Shown piece by piece: positions 12,215-24,927 of a stretch of 64,000 nt of DNA. Below the pieces are notes generated by a model. It searched no databases and was not told where the DNA came from. It worked only from the letters and a program-made list of their open reading frames with translations. The position numbers and the translations under genes are program-made. The stretch is taken from the NCBI GenBank assembly GCA_963845755.1, contig CAWJTV010000029.1, forward strand, positions 352,001-416,000. The letters run 5' to 3'. The first letter of the stretch is position 1. Every line of letters starts with the position of its first letter. This DNA comes from an uncultured Planctomycetota bacterium (GTDB lineage: Bacteria > Planctomycetota > Planctomycetia > Isosphaerales > Isosphaeraceae).

Positions 12215-14511
12215 TCACGGGGGTGGGAACTGGTCGTGGCGTGGCCCGGGGCCACCCTGTCGGGGAGGGCGCCCTTCACGGCGACCGGGACCGTCGCCCG
12301 GACGCTTGGGACGGAATCTCTGGGCCTGTTCCTCGCACTCGCCAGCGCGTCCGGTGTCACCGAGCTTGTAGTAGGTCTCGGCAAGCGAGTCAAGGCGATC
12401 GGCGAGGTGTCCGTCCGCACCGGGCTTGTGGCGATCGTGCCCGCGGATCGAGAGCAGCCGGTCGGCCGCCTGATCGAGCAGTTCCTTCGCTTGGGTTCGT
12501 TGGCCGCGTGCCAGCAGGATAAGGGCCAGGGCTTCGCGATTGGTCGCGAGGACCATCTGCACCCCCCCGGCGAACGGGACTTGATCGACTAGAGACTCAT
12601 CGTGGGCAATCGACTCTCGATAAGCCGTCTCCGCTTCGGTGAGACGATTCTGCCTCTGAAGCGCATCGCCGAGCCGCGCCTTCCACCGCGCCAGCGCCAT
12701 GATATACATGATCGACCCGTCCTGCTTCGAGGACTCATCGGCCAGGCGTTGGACCAGGAGCAGCGCCTTGCGGATCCCCTGCTCGGTCCGGACCGGCTCG
12801 ATCGGGTCCTCACGGTGCTGGTCGTCCATGGCGTACACTCGGGCCAACTCAAATCGATAGAGGGGAACGTCGGGTTCCGAGGCGATCAGCGTTTCGAAGC
12901 GCTGGGCGGCGTGGGCGAGGGCCTTATCGGCCTCTTCGTAGCGGCCCAGCATCCCATAGAGTGCGGCGACCTTTCGGAGTGAGCGAGCGGCCTCGAGCTG
13001 GAGCCGGGAGTTCGTCTCATTGCGCTCGGCGAAGCGGTCGTAGAACACCAGGATACTTTGCAGCAACGCGGCGTCCTTCTCCTCGTTGAGGTCATCGCGA
13101 AAACCGCCGGGCCGCCCAGATGGCGGCGGACGATCTCCGGACGGCGGCCCGAGACCGAGTCCGACCATGACCGGCCCGAACTCATCCCGATCGGCGAGCT
13201 GGTCGAACAGGCTATTGAGCGCTTCGAGTGAGAGCGCAACATTGGCTTCAGAGCGCTCGAGGGCACGCGTCCGTTCCGCATACATCGCCCAACCGACGAC
13301 TGTGGCGGCCAGGAGCGAGACCGCGGCGATGGCCGTCATGGCGGCGACCAGCTTGTTGCGGCGGCACCACCGGTTGAGCCGTTCGACCGGCGTCGCGCGG
13401 CGGGCCAGGATCGGGCGATCGTCGAGGAACGCGCGCAGGTCGTCGGCCAATGCGGCGGCCGTCGCATAGCGGTTGACCGGCTCGCGGGCCGTCGCCTTCA
13501 GGACGATCGTCTCCAGGTCGAGCGGGATGTTCCGATCGAGCGTCCGCGGTCGTGCCGGCTGTTCCTCGGTTACACAACGCAAGAGTTCGCTGGGACTCAG
13601 GTCGCCGAAGGGGGAATGGAGCGTCAGCACCTCGTAAAGGGTCAGCCCCAGGCTGTAGAGATCGCTCCGGTGATCGGTCTGGCCGCGCAGGGCCTCGGGG
13701 GCGAGGTAACGCAACGTCCCGATCACGTCGCCGGAGTGGGTCAAATCGTCGCGGCCGATCAGCTTGGCCAGGCCGAAATCGGTGATCCACGCGACCTGGT
13801 CCTCATCGATCAGCAGGTTCGCCGGTTTGATGTCGCGGTGCAGGATCCCCTGGTCGTGGCGCATACTGGAGGGCGTCGGCAGCCTGGATCCCGATCCGCG
13901 CGACGAATCGCCAATGATCCTCGCCCCGGTGCAGGCTCTTCTCCCGCCAGGTTTCCAGCAGGTGATCGAGCCCGCTCCCGCGGATGTACTGCATCGCGTA
14001 GAACGGCAGGCCGTCGTGCTCGCCGACCGCGAAGATCGGCACGATGTTGGTATGATGGAGCCGGGCAACGGCCTGGGCCTCGCGCTGGAACCGCTCGCGG
14101 CGCCTGGCATCGAGCACGCCATGCCGCGGGATGACCTTCAATGCGACATGCCGGGCCAGCGATTCCTGGACGGCCTCGTAGACGATCCCCATGCCGCCGC
14201 GGCCCAGCTCACGGATCAGTCGATACTCGCCCAGCCGTTCCGGCATCGACGCCGACCACTCGGACTCCGATTGCCGCGTCGAGCGGATCCGTGCGCTTGA
14301 GCTGTTCCATCATCGCGACGGATGGCAGCAGCTCGCGAATCCGCTGCGCGTGATCGGGGAAACGACCTTCGTACTCGCCGACCGACGGGGACTCGCCCCG
14401 CCGACAGCGCTCGAGGAACTCCTCGGCCACCCGGTCGAATGGGTCGGGAACCGTGTCGGCGGGGAGGTCGGGGGTGAGGTCGACATCGTCCGGCGATGCT
14501 GAGTCGATCAT
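12215..14511 (-). CDS. Hanks-type Ser/Thr protein kinase with TM segment and TPR-like C-terminus (frameshifts)
   Basis: ELGRGGMGIVY, VALK, HRDIKPAN, TDFGLAK, GTLRYLAPE, SDLYSLG. Confidence 0.9.
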
Positions 14512-15146
14512 GGGGCCTCCCCATCGAACCCGGTAAGCTGGGACAAGGCGTTCTTCAGACGCTCGAGGGCGCGGACATAGCGTTTGCTGGCGGCGGCGGG
14601 CTGGATCTCGAGCACGGTGGCGGCCTCCTGATTGCTCAGCTCCTCGAAATGGCGCAAGGCCAGCACCTCGCGGTCGATCGGATCGAGGCCATCCAGCGCC
14701 TGCTGGAGTTGACTCATGGTCTCGGCCCGTTGCGCCGCCTGGCTGGGCGAGGTGAGATCGCCGATGAGCTCGATCATCCGGGCCGAGCTCGCCGAGGGAC
14801 CTCCTCCGCGACCGATCGACACCTCCCGTCCCACGTCCCGGATCCGGGCCCCCAGATGCTGACGATGAACCTCGACCAGCCGCTGAACCGTGATCCAGCG
14901 CAGCCAGAGGAAAAACGGCATGCCCGGGTCCGCCTGGTAATGCGGCAGTCGCTTCAGGGCGTCGATGTACGCCTCTTGCAAGACGTCGGAGGCCGCCACC
15001 CGGCCCTTCAACCGGCCGTCGAGACGGAATTCCACCATCCGGCCGAGCCGATCCCGATGCCTCGAGAACAACTCGGCCAGCGCATCCTGATCGCCGTGCC
15101 GGATCCGGTCGAGCAGGCCCTCAACATCGTCGCTCTCATCCAACAT
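14508..15146 (-). CDS. ECF sigma-70 factor coupled to the Ser/Thr kinase
   Basis: GDQDALAELFSRHRDRL, VAASDVLQEAY, DREVLALRHFEELSNQEAA; stop overlaps kinase start (ATGA). Confidence 0.9.
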   Translation of the reverse strand: MLDESDDVEGLLDRIRHGDQDALAELFSRHRDRLGRMVEFRLDGRLKGRVAASDVLQEAYIDALKRLPHYQADPGMPFFLWLRWITVQRLVEVHRQHLGARIRDVGREVSIGRGGGPSASSARMIELIGDLTSPSQAAQRAETMSQLQQALDGLDPIDREVLALRHFEELSNQEAATVLEIQPAAASKRYVRALERLKNALSQLTGFDGEAP

Positions 15147-15462
15147 CGCGGTCTCGTCTCCGCGCCGGGGGCAAGGCCCTGACTTTAATGAACGTAGATG
15201 GGTGTATTTCGGAGACGTCCTTTTGATTATTATCGATGGCGACCGTCGGGCGGGAAAGGTGGTGTCGGTCGGTGACGGATCCCTCTCCGCCATGGTCTTG
15301 GGCCGGCAGGGCCTTGTTGAGAAGGGATCGGCCGGCCGGTCCTCGGGCCGTGGGTGGCCCGAAGATTTCCGAATGTCTCCGAGCCAGGCTGCCGCACGTT
15401 ATTCGTGCGTAGACGCGTTGTCCTCAGGCCCCATTCGTTTCCTGACAAGAGGCGAGCCTCCC

Positions 15463-16125
15463 ATGAACCTGATCCAATCGGTCTCCAACCGCCGCAAGTT
15501 TTTGAGAGCAACAACATTCGGCGCCGCGGCCTTCACCGTTCGAGGTGCGTTCGCCGACGAATTGACGCGAACGCCCCGACAGACCGAGGGGCCTTTCTAC
15601 CCCAACAAGCTCCCCCTGGACACGGACAATGACCTGATCGTGGTCAACGACGCGCTGACCCCCGCGGTCGGCCAGATCACGCACCTCTCCGGCCGGATCC
15701 TGGACCACAAGGGAGATCCGATCCGCAACTGCCTGATCGAGATCTGGCAGGTGGACAACCAGGGTGCCTATATCCACACCGGGGACCCACACGGCGAGAA
15801 CCACGACAAGAACTTCCAGGGTTACGGCCGCTTCTTCACAGGCTCGAGCGGAGAGTATTACTTCCGGACCATCAAGCCCGTCCCCTACACCGGGCGGTCG
15901 CCGCACATCCACCTGAAGGTCCGCAAGAACGGCAAGGAGTTGCTGACCAGCCAGTTTTATGTCAAGGGCCACCCGGGTAACGCCCGCGATGGCATCTACC
16001 GCGCGATTCGCGACGCGAAAGCACGGGAATCGGTCACGCTGGACTTCACCCCGATGCGCGACTCGAAGATCGGCGAACTGGTCGCGCGGGGCGACGTCGT
16101 CCTTGGCTTCACGCCCGAGGCTTGA
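15463..16125 (+). CDS. Intradiol ring-cleavage dioxygenase-like protein with Tat signal
   Basis: NRRKFLR Tat motif; EGPFYP, EIWQVDNQGAY, FRTIKPVPY, RSPHIH. Confidence 0.85.
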   Translation: MNLIQSVSNRRKFLRATTFGAAAFTVRGAFADELTRTPRQTEGPFYPNKLPLDTDNDLIVVNDALTPAVGQITHLSGRILDHKGDPIRNCLIEIWQVDNQGAYIHTGDPHGENHDKNFQGYGRFFTGSSGEYYFRTIKPVPYTGRSPHIHLKVRKNGKELLTSQFYVKGHPGNARDGIYRAIRDAKARESVTLDFTPMRDSKIGELVARGDVVLGFTPEA

Positions 16126-16333
16126 GCCTCTCAACGCACGATTTCCCGACGAACTCCTGTCTTCGTGAACCGGCCCCTCACGTTCCAGGAGTTTGGCCGG
16201 ACAGGCGCGGGAATCGATCGGGTCTTTTGACCGCGAGGTGATACGGGTGTAACCACCGGCGGATCCCGAGGCACCTGGTAAAGTAGGAACGTTTTCGTCG
16301 GTTTCGAAGATCAGCCGGATCCTGAATAGGGGA

Positions 16334-16970
16334 ATGCTCTTGATGAATCTCAAGTCGATGCGGACATTCGGCCTTTCGACGGTCCTCTCGGCCGGGCTGC
16401 TCATGGGGATCGGATGCGAGGGTGGCCCGGATTTCGAACACACCCCCGGCCGGAGACGCGGGACCGGGCGGTGCGCCTGGCCCGGGGCCCGGTGGTCCGG
16501 GACGGTCCTCGCCGATCGGGACGATCATGAGGAAACTGGATCGCGGGCCGACTGCCTTGAACAAGGCCGTTGGCAAGGGGCTGGAGGCCGACCCGCCGGA
16601 CTGGGGAACGCTCCAGAAGCAGTCGAGTGAATACGCCAGCCTCGTGGCCGGGCTGGGAAAGCTGGAGCCACCCAAGGGGAGCCCGGAATCCTGGGCCAAA
16701 TTGACCGCGACGTTCTCGGCCTCCGCCACGGACCTCGACCACGCCGCCCAGGCCAAGGACCACGACGCCGCCTTGAAAGCCCACGAACAGCTCGCTGGCT
16801 CATGCATGGCTTGCCATCGCGAACACCGTCGCATGCCCGGCCGAGGATTCGGCATGCCCGGGGGTGGCCCTCCCGGCGGCGGTCCTCCTGGCGGCGGTCC
16901 TCCTGGCGGCGGTGGCCCCCCGCCCCAAGGCGGGCCCCAACCTCCGCCACCGGAACCCAAGCCCCAGTGA
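16334..16970 (+). CDS. Cytochrome c'-like lipoprotein with Gly/Pro-rich tail (frameshift ~16445)
   Basis: Signal peptide ending GIGC; helical region; C-terminal CMACH heme motif; GGPP repeats. Confidence 0.7.
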
Positions 16971-17806
16971 GCGGAGAACCTCAATTCCCCTTCTCGATCG
17001 AGCCTCCGCACAAAGCTTGCATGCCCGATTGGTGTTGAATTGCTAGCTTCGAGAATCACGCGTCCGGTCTCCTTCGCCCCATTCGGGGGGAAAGAGGCCG
17101 GATGTTCCTTTCCCAATTCTACGGCAATCTTCCGCCTCGTCGGTCGCTCCCCTTCCGCCATGCGCGATCTCATCAAAGTCCTCTCTGCCTCCTGTCCGAC
17201 GGCTCCACGCCAGGCGCAGTTGCGCATCGAGTGGATCATCGATTGCGCGATTCACGCATGATCGCGAGGCGTTCGCATCGCCATCCTTGCCGGACACGCC
17301 GCGTGAAACGACACTCCGGACGCGGACGTGTTAAGCTTGGGTGAGATGGCGGATCGTGCGAGTGGCATCGATCGACTCATCCTGACAGTCGTGGTCCTCA
17401 CGACGGAGACCGTGAAGGATTTGAGTGAGGGTCGAGGAACTTTCTCGCTGGAGAGTCATCAAAGGGGAAGAAGCGCGGGAAGTTAGAGCAATGGTCAGCG
17501 ACGGCTGCCACGTTCATGCCCTTCGATCACCCGCGCAAGAGGTTGATCTCCGACGGACTTTGCCTGGGAGTGATCTCCCGAAGGGTGCTATCGACGCAAC
17601 ACGTTGGAGCGCCCGGGATTCATTCTTTTTCGATAGTGACTCGCCGACCGTGACCCGCGATTGGTACAATCGGCCCGTTTTTTCTGGGATCCTTGACTCG
17701 ACTCCGGCCGATTCGGGCCATTCGAACCGATTTTGACTGGAACTGACACGTCGTCCCGGGCCCGCGCGTCTTGTCTGCCGCGGCCGCCCCCAAGGAGTCT
17801 GACCGC

Positions 17807-20248
17807 ATGGCTAAGATTCAGGCTATCTGGGCAATCGACATCGGCCAGGCCGCACTCAAGGCGGTGAAGGTCGTCCCGGGCGAGACCCCCGAGCAGGTGG
17901 TGGCCGAGGCCTTCGATTTCATCGAGTATCCCAAGATCCTCAGCCAGCCCGATGCCGATCCCGACGAGCTGGTGCGGGAAGCCCTGGCCACGTTCACGGA
18001 TCGCAACGACCTCAAGGGCTGCACGGTGGCCATCGCCGTGCCGGGCCAGTCGGGCCTGGTGAAGTTCATCAAGCTGCCGCCGGTCGAGAAGAAGCGGATC
18101 CCCGACATCGTGAAGTTCGAGGCCAAACAGCAGATCCCCTTCGCCCTGGACGAAGTGGTCTGGGCCTACCAGCAGATCGGCGGCGAGGATGAGGTGAACG
18201 AGGAGGAATTCACGATGGCCGAGGTCGGCCTGTTCGCGATGAAGCGCGACCAGATCAACCGGGCCATCCTGCCGTTCACCGTGGCGGGCATCGAGGTCGA
18301 TGTGGTCCAGATGAGCCCGATCGCCCTGTACAACTACATCAGCTTCGACCAGATCAAGGGGAGCGGCTCCAAGGACTCGGTCGTCCTCCTGGACATCGGG
18401 GCCGACAATACCGACCTGATCATCACCGACGGCAACCGGATCTGGCAGCGGAACGTGCCGATCGGCGGCAATCATTTCACCCGGGCCCTGACCAAGGAGC
18501 TGAAGCTCACCTTCGCCAAGGCCGAACACCTGAAGCGCAACGCCACCAAGGCCCCCGATCCCCGGGCGATCTTCACGGCCATGCGCGGCGTCTTCAACGA
18601 CTTCGCCAGCGAGGTCAATCGCTCGATCGGTTTCTACTCGAGCATCAATCGGACCGCCAAGATCAAGAAGGTCGTGGGGATGGGCAACGGCTTCAAGCTG
18701 CCGGGCCTGCAGAAGTTCCTCCAGCAGAACCTCAACCAGGAGGTCGAACGGCTCGAGACCTTCGAGAAACTGGTGGGCGACGAGGTGAAAGGGGCGCCCC
18801 AGTTCCAGGACAACCTCGCCTCGTTCGCCGTGGCCTACGGGCTGGGGATCCAGGGCCTCAACCGGGGCGGCCTGGGCACGAACCTGCTGCCGCCGGAGAT
18901 CGAGCGGATCCGGCTGGTCCGCGCGAAGAAGCCGTGGCGCTGGCCGCCTCGGCGCTGATCATGCTGGGCCTGACCTTCCTGTTCACGCTGGGCGACTACC
19001 GCGTGCTCGCCACGGTCACCTCCATTCCGTTCCAGCAAGCCGTCACGCGGGCCAAGGACGTCACCAAGCGCGGGGATAACATCAAAGCGGCGTTCGAGAA
19101 GGCCACGAAGGATTGGAAGGACAAGAACGAGGAGGGCAACGCCCTGATCATCGATCCGACCAACCGGGCGCTCTGGCCCCAGTTCTTCCAGATGATCAGC
19201 GGGTTCTTCCCCGATCCCGAGCAGGAATACCAGCTCGATCCGGCCGACCCGAAGTCCGTGAACACGCTGGAGATGCTCCGGGTCCACATCGATGCGATCA
19301 AGCCGGTGTATCGGAAGGATGTCTCCGAATGGTTCACCGGGCTGGACCCGAAGTTCAAGATGCTCATGCATCCCCTGGACGCCGAGACGCCTCCCAGCGG
19401 CGAGGGCTGGATCATCCAGCTCATCTGCCACCACTACAACCCCTATCCCCGGAATCGAGAGCAGTTCTCCTACCCGCCGGGCGATCCCAGGCGGACCGAC
19501 TTCGGACCGGTCGAGTTCCTGACCGAGAAAGTGCTGCGGAAACTCAATGATCCCCGGCTCCGCCTCTTCGGCATCAACCACGTCGCCGTGGCCTGGATGA
19601 CCAGCGAGAAAGAATGGACCAGCGAGAAGGGACAGAGCAGCAACAATCTCGCCAGCAACACGATCCCCTTGCTGGACCGCGCCGTGGCGGCGGCTCCGGC
19701 CGCCGAGGGCGGCGGCGGCGGCGGCAATGGGCGGCCCCGGCATGGGCATGGCCGGTGCGATGATGCAACAGATGAGAGGCATGTCCGGCGGAATGGCCGG
19801 TGGCATGGGAGGAGCCCAGGGTCCCGGGATGATGCAGCAGCAGATGAGAGGCATGGCCGGTGGCATGGGAGGCATGTATGCCGGCGCCGGCGGCGCCTCG
19901 GCCGATCTGAAGAAGGAGATGACGACCCTGACCCGCACCGACTTCCTGATTCAATTCGTCTGGCAGTACAAGCCCGAGGAGAATCCCAAGACCGACGAGG
20001 AGCGTAACGAGAAACTGAAGAAGATCATCACCGACTTTACCGAGGCCCAGAAGAAGAACCCCGCGGTCAAGATCTCGGAGGACATTCAGAAGGAGCTGGA
20101 TGCGGCCTCGCGGAAGAAGTCGGAGCAGTTCGATGCCAAGCTCAAGGCCCCGGGCCCGGACAACGCGGCGGCCGCGGTGCCCGGTGGCGCGGTCTTGCCG
20201 GGGGCCAATGCTCCCGGCGCCGCGGTTCCCAAGACCGGTGGTCCCTGA
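17807..20248 (+). CDS. pilM: Type IV pilus assembly protein PilM fused to a membrane/periplasmic PilN-like region (frameshifts)
   Basis: WAIDIGQAALK, VKFEAKQQIPF, LDIGADNTDL, IGGNHFT, TNLLP followed by a TM segment. Confidence 0.85.
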
Positions 20249-20450
20249 CGGCGTGTCACGGTGCCCCGAGGAAGCCCTTTCCGCCGGCTTGCGGGAGACC
20301 TCGTCGCCGGCCTGGCGATCGTCTCTCGAGCCGGAATGCCACGAGCTTGAAACCATTCTCCCCCGATCCGGCCCGATCGCGGCCGGGCACTCGTAGGGGG
20401 ATCCGATTCCACTGACACCATCCGGTCTTTTCTTGAAGGTGCGAGCGACC

Positions 20451-22315
20451 ATGGCCCAACAAGACGCAGCGGAAACAGCCAAGGAAGTCCTCAGACAGGT
20501 CATCAAGTACCGCTTCTGGATCGCCGTGAGCTTTGCCGCGTTGTTCGCGGTCATCGCGTATTTCATGGGCTCAGGTCCCGTGAAAGCCAAGGCGGCGACC
20601 GAGACCACCAACATCATCAATGCCGAGAAGGGCGTGGAGAAATACAAGTCGCCCACGGTGCCGACCGATCAGTACAAGCCGCTCGTCGACGAGCGGACCC
20701 AGCTCGAGGACAAGGACGTGACCAAGGCCTGGAAAGAGCTCTACGACCGCCAGGCCCCCCTCCTGACATGGCCCGACACCGTCCAGAATCGCTTCCCCAA
20801 GTGGGGTCGCAAGTGGCCCGAGACCGAAGACGCCGGCAAGGTCCAACTGGCGTTCGTCAACTACACGTACGCCTACAAGGATTACGTCGACCTGGTCTTC
20901 AAGACCTTCCATCCCTTCAATTACGAGTCCGGCGAGGGAATCGTCGCCTCGCCGCCGAAGGAGATCCTCCTCCGGCCCGTCCAGTTCGCCGCGGAAGAAC
21001 GCCCGGACCTGGGTAAGGTCTGGGCGGCCCAGGAGCGGCTCTGGCTCCAGCGCACCATGCTGGAGGTCGTCGCCGCGGTCAACCAGGCCGCCAAAGCCAA
21101 GGATTGGGATACGGCGATCATCAAGGAGGTCGAGTCCATCGAGGTGGGCAACCCGACCGCCCAGGACCAGCGCTCGCTCGCCGATAACGAAGAGCTCAAG
21201 AAGGCCGAGGAGATCCTCGCACCGGGTCAGGAATCGGCCGCGGCCGCGGCCGAGGCTGGCGGAGGAGGCATGGGAGGAGGCATGTCCATGCCTGGCGGGG
21301 GCATGGGACAAGCGATGGGGAGGCGAATGGGTGGAATGGGTCCCGGTTCAATGGGTCCCGGTGCAACGGGTCCCGGTTCCGGTGGATCGGGTGGGCCCGC
21401 CGGCGGCTCCGAGTACGACGATACGATCTACTCCATCACCCCGGCCAACGACAAGGGTCAGTATCGGGTCCTGCCGGTCCGCATGACCGTCCTGATCGAC
21501 CAGGATCGTGTCCAGGATTTGCTGGTCGCGCTGGAGAACTCGCCGATGTCCATCGAGGTGAAGGAGGTCGAGCTGGGCCGGCCGCAATCCCGTGTCACCA
21601 AGCCCGAGAAAGGCAAGCGCCCGCCGGCGCCAACATGATGGGCGGTATGATGAGCATGATGCGCATGATGTCCGGCGGACAGTCTGGCTATGGCGGCATG
21701 GTGAGCCAGATGGATCAGCAGATGAGGATGCAAATGTCCCAATATGGCATGTCAGCCGGTCGAGGCGCCATGATGGGCGGAGGCTATGGGGGCGGAATGG
21801 GAGCGGCCACGACACAGCGGAAAGGGACCGACGTCCGCAACGTCGATCGGGAAAAGAAGCGCAATGAGGCCGCGAAGGCCGTGGAGGAGAAGAAAGGCCC
21901 CTCGTTCGTCGATGCCCATTTCTCGATCGTCCAGGTCACCATCTATGGTCGGGCGCGGTTCTTCAACGCGCCTCCGGCGGAGCCTGCGGCGGAGCCGAGC
22001 CTGGGTGGAACCCCGGCCGCGGGTACCCCGGCCGTAGCCGCACCGGGCGGAGCAGCGGGCTCTCCGGCGGAGAAAGCCCCGGCGGGCAAGGCGGCCGCCA
22101 CGACTCCGGCTGATGGAGCCGAAGCGTCCCAGAAGCCCGCCGGCGCCGCAGCGGAGGGGAATGCTCCCGCCAAGGCGGCTCCCGAGAAGCCGGCAGACAA
22201 ACCGGCCGATACCACCACGCCCGATGCCAAGGCGGCGGTTCCCGCCAAGGCCGGTTCCGAGAAGCCGGCCGATACCACCAAGCCCGACGGCAAGGCGGCG
22301 GTTCCCAAGTCGTAG
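20451..22315 (+). CDS. Putative PilO-like pilus assembly membrane protein (frameshift ~21615)
   Basis: N-terminal TM; YRVLPVRMTVLIDQDRVQDLLVALENSPM; position after pilM; Met/Gly-rich and Ala/Pro/Lys-rich tails. Confidence 0.6.
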
Positions 22316-22399
22316 CCGGCTCCGGTCGGCTCGTGTCAGCGATCACCAATCCAGTGGTTCAGGGATTCCTTCAGATTCACGCGACGAGGAGACGCCGGT

Positions 22400-24467
22400 A
22401 TGGCTAACGTCAATGCAATCGGGGAGCAACTGATGAGGCTGGGCTTACGTCACGGCGAGAAGGCCGGGATTGCCATTGCCTCGATGGTCTTCTTCTTCTG
22501 CGTGGCGGGTGCGGTGACCCGTCCCACGATCGAGACGTCGCCCGAAAAGGTCAAGAAAGCGGCCGATGCGTCCGACCAGAACCTCAACCGTCGCGAGGAG
22601 CGCGAGACGATCATCAAGAACCTCGAGGAACGCGAGAAGATCACCAAGACCGACTTCGCGGGGGCGGTCGAGGAGCAGATCAAGCTGACGTTGCTCGCGG
22701 ACAATTACAAGGCGGCCCGCCCGTGGGTCACGCCGGAACCCGGCGCCGGACTGATCCGCGATCAGCCCAAGCTAATCGCGCCGAGCGAGGTCTACGCATA
22801 CCCCGGCCGTGGGGGCCTGCTGGTCTTCGCGCTGGATAAGGAGGGGGAAAAGATCGCGCTGAAGGACGGCGATGAGAAGGAGGAGCAGAAGCAGAAATAC
22901 GGCCGGGTGAAGAAGAAGAAGAGAGGCGGCGGCATGGGCGGCGGCATGGGCGGCGGCATGATGGGCGGCGGCCAGCGCAAGAAGAAGAAAGGCAAGAGCA
23001 AGGCCGAGATCGCACGCGAAGACGCGGAGGAAGCGGCCCGCGAGGCGAAACGGAAAGCGATCACGCTCCAAGGGGGCACGGTGGCCGACACCAAGGAGAC
23101 GAAAGCCGCGGACGCCGCGGAGAACACGCACGACTTCAAGGAGATCACCAAGGGTTACCGCTGGGTGGCCATCACCGGCATCCTCGACCACGGTCAGATG
23201 CTGGAGAATTACCGCGCCGCCCTGAAGAACCCCGCGGTGGCTCATCCGAATTACGCGCGGCTTGACGTTCAGCGAAAGATCCTCCAGGTCGACGGGACCT
23301 GGACCGAATGGCAGGACGTTCGACGCGGGTAAGAACATGGATATCCTCGACAACATCCCGGAGACCGATGAGGAGTTTGCTCCGACTACGGTCCTGCCCG
23401 AGGGTCTGGTCGATCCTCTCCCCTTCCTCCAGCAAGGCTTGTGGGAAAAGGTGCACATCGCCAGCCTCGTGCCCAAGGAGAAGGTCGAAGCACCCGAACC
23501 GACATCGCCCGCGGGCGGCATGGGTTCCATGGGTAGCATGGGTGGTATGAACCAGAGTGGGAGTAACATGCCTGGGATGAACGCCATGCGCCGGCAGCAG
23601 GGCATGATGAACCAGATGATGAATCGTGGTGGCATGGGTGGACCAGGTGGCATGGGTGCCATGGGTGGACCAGGCGGCATGGGTGCCATGGGTGGAATGA
23701 TGGGCATGGGCGGCTCTTCGGAGTCGGCCGGGAACTACTGGAAATCGGACGAGAAGAAAGTGATGATCCGGTCGCTCGACTTCACCGTCGAACGCGATAC
23801 CACCTATCGTTTCCGGGTGCGGATCGTGGTATGGAACCCCAACTACCAGCGCGATGACGTCAGCGCCGGCACGGATAAGACATCCAAGACGCTCAAGGGG
23901 CCCTGGAGCAAGGAAACCGACGAGGTGACCATGCCGCCCGATGTGATGCCCTATGCGATGGATACCCTGCTGCCAGGCGCACTCCCCATCAGCGACACCA
24001 AGGTCCGCTTCCAGGTCGTCCGATTCAATCCCTCCGACGGCGCGACGGTCCCGCACACGTTCGAGTCCACCGTGGGTGAACTCATCGGCGATTTCCGAAA
24101 GGATGAGGTGCCCGTCTCGGACGGCTCGGGGAAGAAGTCCGAACCGATCGACTTCACCACACACCAGGTCGTCCTGGATGTCTCCGGGGGTGGAAAGCCA
24201 CTGCTCTTACCCTCGGGTATCGTCGGGCCACCGATCACTCGTCCCACGCTGGCGACCCTGCTCCGGCCGGACGGCTCCATCGCCGTTCACGGTCAGCCGG
24301 ACGACGTCGCTAACGAAGTCCGTAAGGACATCGAGGCCAACTACCGGCATGAGATCGAACAGTCCGACAAGAAGCGCGAACACTCGTCGGGTTCGGGCAT
24401 GTCAGGCATGATGCAAAGCATGATGGGCAGCATGATGAGTGGTGGCCGTGGTGGCGGCAGGAGGTAA
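22400..24467 (+). CDS. Hypothetical membrane-anchored protein of the pilM operon (frameshift ~23320)
   Basis: HGEK followed by a TM segment; DFTVERDTTYRFRVRIVVWNPNY; Met/Gly-rich inserts. Confidence 0.65.
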
Positions 24468-24559
24468 GCGGTCTCCGTCGGGCGCGGGTCTCACGACCTG
24501 GCCCCTCGAGTTGGTCTGACCTCATGCGGCCTTCGCTCCGGTCGCAACCCAGGAGATAT

Positions 24560-24635
24560 TTCCGATTCCCGATTCAAGATCCAGGAATCCTATCGTTGGA
24601 ATTCTTGGATCTTGAATCGGGAATCTCGAATCGAG
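24560..24635. repeat. Long intergenic hairpin built of GATTC-type heptamers; possible terminator
   Basis: GATTCCCGATTCAAGATCCAGGAAT ... ATTCTTGGATCTTGAATCGGGAATC. Confidence 0.7.
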
Positions 24636-24927
24636 GATTCCCCCGATGAGCGCAAGTCACAGGGCTCGGACCGACGAGGTTCCCCGGCGGTAGAATCGAC
24701 GTTGCGATCCGCGCGCCCCCGCTCATCGATCGTCACATCGCCCGTGCCAACCCCCTCGCAGTCATTTCGTCGGCGCACGGGCTATCGCCGTCTGGCGGAC
24801 GGCGCTCCCACTCCCGATCGCCTGAGGCCGGCAACCCCTCGAACGAGAAGGCGATCTTCTCCAAGACCTTGACCGGTCGAGGGATCCGATATTACGATTG
24901 TCCGAATCGGAGGCCGGGAGGTGGTGC

